64,000 nt of DNA, taken from the NCBI GenBank assembly GCA_009103225.1, contig RHPI01002069.1:2194846-2258845 (forward strand), read 5' to 3'. The notes beneath the pieces are model-generated. The model did not search any database and had not been told where the DNA came from. It was given only the letters and a program-made list of their open reading frames with translations. The position numbers were made by a program, and so were the translations under genes. Position 1 is the stretch's first letter; each line of letters begins with the position of its first letter. Positions 11,601 through 19,173 of this stretch are shown here, one piece after another. The stretch is from Chlorokybus atmophyticus. Taxonomy: Eukaryota > Plantae > Mesostigma and Chlorokybus algae.

Positions 11601-12658
11601 AGAATGTCACTTTTATACCTACCAGTCTGCACATGCTACTGTCTAGACGATTCTAGCGCTAGACGGAACTAGAAGCTAAGATACTCTTGCAGAATCTTGT
11701 AGTACACTTCTAGACCTTTCCAACGCACCAAAGATCTCCTAATTTGCTGCTCATATGGTCAAGTTATACTACTTGGCGCCAGGCCCTTCCAGAAATCTGG
11801 TCGAGCCCTTCTCGACTGGCCCTCCGTTTTCTGGCACCTTCCGGACTGGTCTTGGGGCCCCGGTCGATATCCGCGGCAGACTCATAACTCGCCGATATCC
11901 GCCACAAGTCATTAACAACATGTACCTTACAAATAAGGCCTAAAACGGCCATGAAAATCACAGAATTTGGCCTTGACTGTTACAATAAGAGTAGCGTGCT
12001 ACCAGAGGACTAGCCCACCAACATACATATGCTTACCTTCCGCTTTGTTGCACTGCGCTAGGCAGACAGTCATCCTGCCGTGCTGCTCTTGGTTCACACT
12101 GACCAACATGGCAATATGCAAGCATACTGCTTAATTGCCGCTGGAAACATTACACTAGGTTATGGATTACCCGTTCGTGGTATTCTGCAGCTTCTCTTTT
12201 GCGACTTGTGAGCTCCCGCAAGTAGAAATAGGTTGTGCATTTGCGAGATTTGTCATGATGTTCATGTGCATGACACTGGAGGCTGTTCATGAGGGTGTGC
12301 TGTGGTATTGACAGTGTATGTCATGTGCAAGATACTAAAGGCCGTGCATGTGCAAGATAAAAGAAGCCTAGCATGTGGCATTGACAGTGCATCGGAACCC
12401 ACCTGAGTTATGCCAGTCTTGTTTGGTCTCTTCAATCATGATGCCGTGGTCGCAGCTGCTGGTGGGTCGGATAATCTTAGAGGCAGTATTGTGGTGTGCC
12501 TTTGCCCACTCGGAGGGGGAGCCCTGTAAGATATCGCCCAAGTCACTGTTGTCATTGGCAGTGCCCTTGGTAGGCATGGTGGGGTTGAACACCAAGGACA
12601 CCCCACCGGCGCCTTGCCAGCCCTGTGCGAACATGGGCTTCCCGAACCTCGACCACAA
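5683..12658 (-). CDS. Putative spliced ORF of unknown function with an acidic last exon (5683-5913), interrupted in an intron by the LTR element; may be a transposon accessory gene
   Basis: Acceptor AAATGCAG at 5914, open exon VVTLKATIKRMRVHG...EDDSDVEAEDLSEEEHEEG ending in TAG at 5683. Donor GTAAGC at 12036 on the far side of the element. Upstream exons are not resolved. Confidence 0.35.
5936..6607 (-). repeat. 3' LTR of the family 1 element
   Basis: Direct repeat of 11313-11984; I can see only two substitutions between the copies. Confidence 0.97.
6603..10250 (-). CDS. pol: Pol polyprotein (protease, RT, RNase H, integrase, chromodomain), in the -1 frame relative to gag
   Basis: LMIDSGANSNF (protease), VYLDDILV (RT), LACDASD (RNase H), GHQG...CDAC and VTMDFITG (integrase), WEVEDILGEK..FLVKWKGY (chromodomain). 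The frame is open from the TGA at 10251-10253 to the TAA at 6603, so it overlaps the end of gag. Confidence 0.97.
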   Translation of the reverse strand, partial: SSRQHHGAKWRGAGKRLPPVGEEATAGDRKEPHARTDAVTFPLKKQEEMALNAPMVVSYANEETTKYFGLRAHICDDQGRWRECKLMIDSGANSNFMSIDIARRYGWLSSLRGGEVKLADGEPPSGGDGAAFMTKELCVRIGKMKESMRFCCITLRNGFDGILGLPWLWQHNPAINWRKRVLTIERNGGESIQAASDVIEARHAQLGGTTIAQISYVQLRKLLSPRKAKAAWLCVVRENTAKSAPELSDDVQTATMDPEVCKLVKEYQDIMVDGLPSGLPPPRSVDHRVELIEGVHKPPYRPVYKLSPLELEEAERQVADLLKRGYIRPSKSPYGAPILFVRKKNGSLRMCVDYRALNNITKRNCFPLPRIDELLEQLQGAQYFTTLDLAGGYHQIRIAPEDVEKTAFNTRYGHYEWLVMSFGLTNAPATFQTLMNSVFADLIGKGVLVYLDDILVYATTKEEHVALLRRVLQRLREHKLYAQLQKCKFLLREVEYLGHIVSHEGIKPDPNKVQVVREWAAPTNVKEVMSFLGLAGYYRKFIMGFSRIAAPLTTLLKKGKHWSWSATEEHAFAALKKALTEAPVLAHPNMEKTFILACDASDTAVGAVLQQDHGNGLQPVAFFSKKMSGAELNYPVHEKELLAQVMALRQWRCFLEGKKFVLETDHSPLRYLQTQPHLSRRQARWLEFFQLFDFDIKYKPGTSNGVADALSRLNAIEALAQVQPEWTDQIRQVLREDTEGMKVLQELENTATDTSGHWSMRDGLLWHHGRLYIPNVAHIRVKLLKEAHDVPIAGHQGLERTLASLKQRFYWREMHRDVRDYVALCDACQRVKASNQKPGGLLQPLPVPLSKWEQVTMDFITGLPKTKEGYDAILVFVDKTSKMVRLAPCSESCTAPEAARLFVKHVFRSHGLPRSIVSDRDPRFTSKFWEALHSALGTTLKFSTAFHPQTDGQTERANRVIEDMLRCYVNARQDNWEELLELVEFAINNHHNASTGVTPFLMNYGQHPLTPLTAWTPRRHDVRVEAANDFLTKCADINKAARDALLVAQNRQKQYADAHRRHLTFQEGDIVLLSAKHVQVRTGVRKLNERWLGPFKVSKVISDVAYKLELPDTMRVHPVFHVSLLKAYRGQPPERPPPEVGTDGEPEWEVEDILGEKFVHGVRKFLVKWKGYPLHEASWEPEAHLTNAQDVVRAYLARRQPRELRGRSSPGGGGV
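6608..6620 (-). promoter_or_regulatory. Polypurine tract
   Basis: GGGGGGGGAGGAG immediately precedes the TGTAACA of the 3' LTR on the minus strand. Confidence 0.9.
10168..10211 (-). promoter_or_regulatory. Candidate -1 programmed ribosomal frameshift signal (slippery heptamer plus stem-loop)
   Basis: G_GAA_AAC in gag frame at 10205-10211, a 4-nt spacer, then hairpin TCCCC-CAGTAG / loop GTGAGGAGG / CTACTG-CT-GGGGA. It lies within the 61-nt gag/pol overlap. Confidence 0.7.
10190..11218 (-). CDS. gag: Gag with CCHC zinc knuckle
   Basis: First ATG at 11218 (MEDARMEELQ...); KPKPFRG...W..W capsid-like region; CYACGSTEHLAYGC knuckle; TAG at 10190. Confidence 0.95.
   Translation of the reverse strand: MEDARMEELQAAILALREELHHTQAAAQAQREAYEHAMAHVQIPMASSSRVHVKVPKPKPFRGQRDGDAMDEWIFQVSSWLKLTEVPMHLHVEVAATLLEGAALVWWRHRCTRVANGLALPLTTMEELALEVRHQFVPVESVKAARDKLAALVQMGSVMAYTAAFQRLVMSIPNMTEEEQLDRYTRGLKPLGRKEVELRDPKTLAEAIRIAERLDALYFKSTTRNTDWRQRHGDQPRGGFQHAWRRGEPSSALANGGGADSGPAPMEVGAIHTHGSEAKHGGRGERGKGVRKCYACGSTEHLAYGCPKRSTQRPTPDGNPRRDRRVNTMEQNGVEQENDFPQ
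11299..11310 (-). promoter_or_regulatory. Primer-binding site, tRNA-iMet type
   Basis: TGGTATCGGAGC starts 2 nt after the 5' LTR. The canonical Met PBS is TGGTATCAGAGC; the difference is G:U compatible. Confidence 0.85.
11313..11984 (-). repeat. 5' LTR of the family 1 element
   Basis: Direct repeat of 5936-6607. Confidence 0.97.
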
Positions 12659-14060
12659 CGCCCACTACGCCTCTGACAGCGCCGTCAACGATCCACCAAA
12701 CACCACATACCCTCGGCATCACCGCCCTATAAGGTATGGCATAGCTTGGTGGAGCCATCAATGGTGTTTCCATGCGCAGGGACTGGCATTGCCAGCACTT
12801 GTCAATTATACAAACTGCCATTGCCACTGTGCAAAAGTACCATTTCAATAATACCCTTTGGCAAAGGCATCTTCGTATTGTTGAAAATGGTTCAATCAAG
12901 ATATTTATGCAGGCTCACCCCACTCCGGACGTGCAATAGCTCGATCGTACCATGGTAAGGGTACGACGGAGCCGTCACGCCAATGAATGGCGGCCAAGTT
13001 TCCCGCCTCTGGCATGCAACGACAGCGGCGGCGGTGGCGGCGGCGGCGGCGGTGGTGCGTGTTGTTGGAAATGACAATGCCGGTTATATTAGCGACAACT
13101 GTCGACGTCAGTGGTGAGCCATGAGAGTCCTTTGTCCATATTGCCGCATGCGCTTCGCCACACGCAGCTCGATCTACATGCACATTGTTAGCAGCAAAGT
13201 GAGCAAGCACATCAAGCTGTATGTTGGCCAGCGTCCATTACAGTACGATGCGGGTCATGTTGAACCAGGGAGTTCGATCCAGGATGCGCACATGCTTGAT
13301 GCTAAGAGACCCCTCCAGGAGACACACGCACAGCAGCAACAGGAGGAAGAAGAAGTGAACGAGGGCTTTCAATGTATGCGTGTGCCTAACAAACCTGTGG
13401 CACGTCAACATAGAAGTAGAGGCGTCTCTTCGCACGCGTCGGAATCCAGGTGGTATGGCTCGGAGCATGCTCTTGCAATGGCATTCGTGCAGTGCAACGG
13501 CCAAGGCCTGTCGGCCTCCGACATGGGGCGGATCATCAAGTGCATCCGAAATGCACACTTCCTGACGGAACAGCTCCAGTGGAAGCTCTAGTGGGAGACC
13601 GGTGTATATGTGGCCAGCTACACACGGATTGACGTTCAAGGACCATGAATGGTCCGTGACGCAGGACCGGGATTTTCCCCTGCTAAGTGAAATTGACGGA
13701 CCATGTATGGTCCGGCTCTCATGGACAGTCGGACCATGCATGGTCCGAATTTCACGTGAATGGTACCATTGTCCCTTGGTACGGACCACTTAAGGTCCGG
13801 CCGATTACTGTTGCGTCAGGACCAGGTATGGTCCGGCCATCAGACCAGGGACAAAATCATTTAATCACAATATTGCAATCATAACTGGTCCGGCTAGCGG
13901 ACCATGGACCGAATTTTATTATGGAACAATGTACATATGAGTGCACATGCAGTAAAAGTTGAGACATTTTTGCCGGCGGCACCGGCCACGCCCAACCTGC
14001 GGCGCACGAGGCCGCGGCCAACTCCGCGGCGTTAGTGGAATGATTAGTCAAGAACACACG

Positions 14061-14134
14061 CATCATCGGCCGGATTCGAACCCAGTACCTTTAGCATATC
14101 AAAGACGACGCCCTAACCACTAAGCTACAAGTGC
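14061..14134 (-). pseudogene. tRNA-derived sequence with intact Pol III A and B boxes, inside the TIR element
   Basis: Minus strand GCACTTG-TAGCTTAGTGGTTAGGGCG...GGGTTCGAATCC; A-box at 14117-14127, B-box at 14072-14082. The anticodon and acceptor stems do not pair. Confidence 0.6.
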
Positions 14135-14994
14135 ACGTACCGGTAGGGTCGCATGGCAACCTATATCATGTAGTGTATCGCATGCGCCGCTTGGCGACTG
14201 TGGGTCGGCGGCAGTAATTGCCGATGGACAGTCGGAGATTGTCACTTTGATAGGCCCATAGGCTGAGCCCATGCAACTGTAGCATTCATAGGCTGTACCG
14301 GTTACATGGACGGTGGCAAACTACATACCGGTAGCCGCGAACTCGGCGGTTGTCAATACGCCAGTACAATTTGTAGACTTGTTAGGGGCTGTCATTGTGA
14401 CAATGCTTAGTGATAGTAGCCAAATTGCGACTGTCAATGCAGCCAGTGTACCTTATCGGGCTGTCGATGATTCTGTGGTCGCATGAGGCTTTTATAGGCC
14501 ATTACTAAGGTTATACAAGTAAGGCTACAAGTCATGACATCTGACATTGCTTGCGCTTTCGTTTCGTACACAAATCATCAAAACCAAACATACCATAAAC
14601 TACGCCTAGCAATGCAACATGCGAACAGCATCAACATATGTATTCATGGTATGATGTTAACGGTTGTGCACATTATGATAATGTAATAACCAACGAACTA
14701 TATATAATGTAATAAACACGCGCAACACATGGATGTAAATTTGATATAATCATTATTTTAGATTATGTAATTGTACAGTAATCATAACACTTTGTACAAT
14801 CATATTCTTATACATTATTTGAGATGTATATAATTTTGCATATGAAAGGTCTAATGCACATGTGTACGCGCATCAGTATACTTACAACAATGTATGTACA
14901 TGAAATAATAAATATGAAGTAATTGCACGGCTGCACATTGCGGCCGCAATACGTCAACAATTTTTGCTTGTAAACCTTAAGCCTATTCTTACAT

Positions 14995-15112
14995 GCACAC
15001 ACACACGTATATTTATCAACATATATATACATATGCATGTATACATATATGTATATGTGTATATATACACATATATTTATATATATACACATATCCATTT
15101 ATACATATATAG
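14995..15112. repeat. AT-rich (TA/CA)n microsatellite
   Basis: Visible run of atatatatac/atatacac units. Confidence 0.85.
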
Positions 15113-15117
15113 GCCAC

Positions 15118-15222
15118 AAGTGGACAGCCGCAACTGGTCGGCGGCTGTCAAGTTAAAATGTACATGGACAGCCGGCTGTCAATATACATTGACAGCCGCC
15201 GACCATTTGCGACTGTCCACTT
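15118..15222. repeat. 34-bp inverted repeat (potential hairpin or cruciform)
   Basis: 15118-15151 AAGTGGACAGCCGCAACTGGTCGGCGGCTGTCAA against 15189-15222, two mismatches; the spacer contains GACAGCCGGCTGTC. Confidence 0.85.
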
Positions 15223-18200
15223 TATGGTAAGCGGCGACAGCCGGTGCGGCCTGTCATTTATTACATGATGATACACACAATGTACCCATGTACTCGTACA
15301 TGCAATAACGATACGTCATGGTACACGTGTAGCGCGCCCTGCAGGGCCGCCAACCAGCAACATTGCTGGTCCATGCCGCCCCATACATGGTGCGGCACGG
15401 ACCATGTACGGTGCGCGGCGGCCGGGCCGCTGAGCCGCGGGCCCACTCCTGGTCCGCATCCAGGAACCAGCGTGGAGTACTGGTCCGTGCCGCACCATAC
15501 AAGGTGCGGCACGGACCATATGTGGTGCGCGACTGCGCGCCAGGTGTTGGGGCCCCAAAAAGACCATAACCGGTCCGTCCCTCGCGGACCAGACACTCGT
15601 GGTCCGCGGGGACGGACCATGTATGGCCCGCGGGGTCCGTGGAAGGACCATGCATGGTCCCCGAACGTCAATCCGTGTGCTACCTCCGAGCCACAATTGC
15701 TTTCTCTCAGTTTGAGGTGTGTTCACGGTGTGCGGTGCATGTGCTTCAACCATCAGAGCCATGTCACATATGCACATGCGAGTGTGCTGCCGTATCAGAA
15801 CTACGTGACGGCTGACCTGCGCAAGCCTGGAGACCCTCAGGATTTGGACATCAGCGTCGCATATATGCCGGCCAAGGTCTGTGAAATGCAGTATCTATGC
15901 AGTATCCAATCCGAGGCCAGCATGCCTGTTAATGCTCCTGGTCGGAGCAGGTATGGCTCACGCGATGGTATGGCAATCCACATGCCACTAATGGCTTCAA
16001 TCTCCAATACAGTGGTGACGAGCACAGCTTTGGCCATCCTTCCACGGGCGATTGGTGGAAAGATGTGGAGGTGGATTTGGAGAGAGAGGTGGGGGAAGCG
16101 TCCTACTTGGCGCCTGCCATTCTATACAGTGACAACAACATGCTGGATAGCGCGGGCAAGCGCTCTGGCTACCCTCTGATGGCATCGCTTGCCAACTACA
16201 GCTGGGACATGTATGCTAGCAACATGGGGGTTGTTATGATAGCGCTTCTGCTGGTGGTTCGCAGTAGCCGGGCATCCCACATGGGCGCAGGGCAAGAATT
16301 CGTTCTCAATTCGAAAACGTGAGATTTCTTATGACGCTTTAAATGTAGTGTTAGGGGATGTGAAGCGGGCGAGCTGGGAAGGTCTGCAGCGCATCGACCT
16401 GAATGGCATTGAGCGTTGTGTGTTTCCCGCGCTTGCCAACTACATCAGCGACTTGCAGGTAGTGGGCATGTATGGTTGCAACCGGATGCAGCCTGCTGGC
16501 AAACAGTGCATGGAGGATATTGTCAATGGAGCATCTAAGTTTGTCGTGTTGCAGGATACTGCCACACTCGCACGCACTGTGTCAGGCAATCAAACACGCC
16601 ATCCTTGCGATGTTTGTCTCGTCACCAAATCGGGAATTGAGAACCGAGGCTTTCTACACACCAGCAATACGTCAGCTACGGGCGGACCTGCCTAGCGGTG
16701 TTGGGAATGCACGCCAGACAGCCAAGGCTTTTAGAGGGCAGCACTCCATGCATGTCGAGGAGGTAATGGTCAAATTATCGGCATTCGTGAGGATGAATGG
16801 CTTTCCGTGTAACCAGGCAATGTGGTTTGGCAACAGAATAAACTGTGGGGTTGGCGACAGTCGCGGGTGTCGGGAGCTGACTGCTACTCTCGTCTTGCCC
16901 CTAACGCAATGCATGTGCTGGGAGGCATCATTGACCACCTGCTTGCTGCTGTGTACGACGCTACGAAGGAACGAATGCGTCTATCGACGAGACAAATCCT
17001 GCAGGCCAGACGTTTTTAGTGTTGCTGTTGTGTTGCTTTTGTGTTGATCACAAAAGGCAACGACACGTGCTGACAAGAAGATTTGCACAGGCTAAATGCA
17101 TGTAAGGTGACTCTACGGGTTTTGCACTTCAAGGCACCTACAAGCACAGTAGTTTTAAACCTGGCCGACCACTTCTTTTAGGTGGTGGAGAAAGTTGCGG
17201 TGCTCCAGCTGCTGCTGGTCCTTGCAGACGGTTTGCTGCTCGATAGTGAGGGCAACGATATTTTGACCATTGCTGTCGCATCGCTCTCCCAATGGAACAA
17301 GAAGTTGCTTGAGGCGCATGAACACACAAGAGAGACCCTGACCACAGCCGACAACGAGCTGGCTGCCTTCAAAGCTGCAGTGTTGCATCCGCTACTGTCG
17401 TTATATTCTGCACAAAAGTCAGGTTGGAAGAGCGAGAAGATGCATCAGCTCACTTAATTTGGGCCGGCAATTGTCAGCAGTGGACACCAAGATTGCTTCA
17501 GCACCAACCGCATGGAGCAGACGCACGCTCAAAATATCAATTGATGGGCGCGTGATGGCAACATCCGGGACTACCAGGCGCGTATCTTAAAGGCATGGAG
17601 CTTTGCGAAATATATGAGAAAGGATGGCATGGTCGTAGATCCTGAGGTGCGCTCGGTCATGGCGCAGGCGTGGCAGCAGTGCTGTAATGCAATGGAGAAG
17701 ACGGACAAGTTGCTACGAATGGATGTGTTGACAAGGAGAGAGTCCAGCCCGTACCGGAGCAGTTCTGCGCGTAGCCGCCAAGTTGCCCTGAAGACTCTAT
17801 CTGCCGACAGGCTGCCTGCCACCCTGGACAGCTGGTTGAGGAGGGAACAACTGGAGTTGGCCAACGGGTGGCATGCTGTTCGCGTGGTCAATGGAGGCGC
17901 AGCGGTGTACACGACATCAGTAGTCAGCATGGCGCGCGCAACTGGGATGTTCAATTGGCGGCCTTGGTTCTCTACACTTGAGTTGGAAGGTGATGAGGAT
18001 GGTGTGAACGTGACGTGGTGGGCTCAGGCACTCCATTTTTTGCGCGTGGTGGTGTGGGGTGGTAGCGGCGAGCGCATGTGGAAGGAGGTCGTGTTTCTCC
18101 GCTGGTACACGCCGCTGGATGTGACGAGCGACACAAAGTGCATCGCTCTGGAATGGGAAAAGCGTCGAGGGGGGCCATATCTCAATGTCATGACTCTGGA

Positions 18201-18483
18201 GCAAGTAAAAGGCATTGTCCAGCTGCTCCCCATGTTTGACAAGGATAGCGCCCGTGTACAACAGGGCAAGTATTGGGTGAATGTTCACTGCACTTCCACG
18301 TGACACATGTACGTGTCTCACTACTCTGAGTTTGGAGCATATCAACCAGTTGAGCATTGCTAATGGTATGGTAAGACCTTTGCATGTAGATGTGTATAAT
18401 ACCAGGCGACTGTCACCACAATCGAATGTTGAATGCAACATTCAACAATCAGTCAGCTATGTGAAGCATCGATACACCACACT

Positions 18484-19173
18484 TGTAGCAGCTTGGACCT
18501 TTTACCATCATTTACTACACGTACAATATGTGTTTTGCCTTTTTCCTAGCTTTATTAGCGCTTTATGAAGGGCTTTTACAAGCTGTACAGGCGGTGCTCT
18601 GCCGCGCGATTTCGCCTGCGACAAGCCCGGCAGCTGCCTGCCCGCGACGTGACCTACTGCGGCAGTGGTGACGCAGCTGACCAGATCGCACGGTACCTCC
18701 CATGTGACGCGGACTGCATAGTCAGCTACCGCTGCGCAGTACCTTGTGATGCTCAGTCAGCTGCCGCGTGATATGTACTCCGACGCGCGGGGTAGCAGTC
18801 TGCACTTATACAGGTCCTTTAAATTTGGTAAATCATAGACAAAACGCCTAGTTATTAAGCTGCTTGGTTGATGTGCTTGTACAAATGGAAACCCTGTGTA
18901 ATACAACCAACTCTTGCTTTCAGCTCTCTGCTGTGAGTATGCTAGTGTATGCTTGAGAAAGGCGTGATTCAAGGCACACTGCTGCGTTTCTGCTTGGCGT
19001 GGGAAGTAGTAGTGTTCGTGTGCGTGCGCTTAACGCGTGCGTGCGTGCGCGGGAGAAGGCAAGGTTCCGGTGTGAAGACTGTGCTCAGCTACACACATGT
19101 GTTGTATGACTTGTGTGCTGTGTATGTGAGCACGAGCATCATTACAACACTCAAGCCTCATAATTCCATGACA
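18484..19173 (+). repeat. 5' LTR of family 2
   Basis: Homologous to 22875-23551 with many substitutions and an indel of about 24 bp; unrelated to the family 1 LTR. Confidence 0.9.

Larger units (their letters stand above)
5936..11984 (-). mobile_element. Full-length intact Ty3/Gypsy chromovirus LTR retrotransposon (family 1)
   Basis: Two 672-bp TG...CA LTRs; 5-bp TSD ATAAG (5931-5935 and 11985-11989); PBS; PPT; uninterrupted gag and pol (PR-RT-RH-IN-chromodomain). Confidence 0.98.
13621..15679. mobile_element. Non-autonomous CACTA-like TIR element, 2059 bp
   Basis: 35-bp terminal inverted repeats (TIRs) starting CACACGGATTGACGTTC, 32/35 identical (13621-13655 and 15645-15679). 3-bp TSD CTA at 13618-13620 and 15680-15682. 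Many subterminal GGACCATG-N-ATGGTCC palindromes; no transposase ORF inside. Confidence 0.9.
13121..18303 (+). pseudogene. Decayed Plavaka-type transposase, split by an insertion at 13621-15679
   Basis: N-terminal CPYC...H zinc-finger-like segment; LAPAILYSD...GKRSGYPLMASLAN; VFPALANYISDL...HPCDVCLV; PNAMHVLGGIIDHL; C-terminal RATGMFNWRPWFS...FLRWY...VKGIVQLLPMF...YWVN. These motifs are in the order typical of Plavaka transposases, spread over several frames with stops. Confidence 0.75.

Noticed and set aside
13640-13830. Palindromic repeats with variable spacers resembling a CRISPR array
   Set aside because: Spacing is irregular, there are no cas genes, the context is eukaryotic, and the repeats are explained as transposon subterminal repeats.
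14061-14134. Functional tRNA gene
   Set aside because: Acceptor and anticodon stems do not pair, so it is listed as tRNA-derived only. The same applies to 4329-4400.
15244-15680. N-terminal half of the 311-aa ORF at 15244-16179 and overlapping ORFs
   Set aside because: This part translates the GC-rich subterminal repeats of the inserted TIR element; only sequence after 15680 belongs to the transposase.
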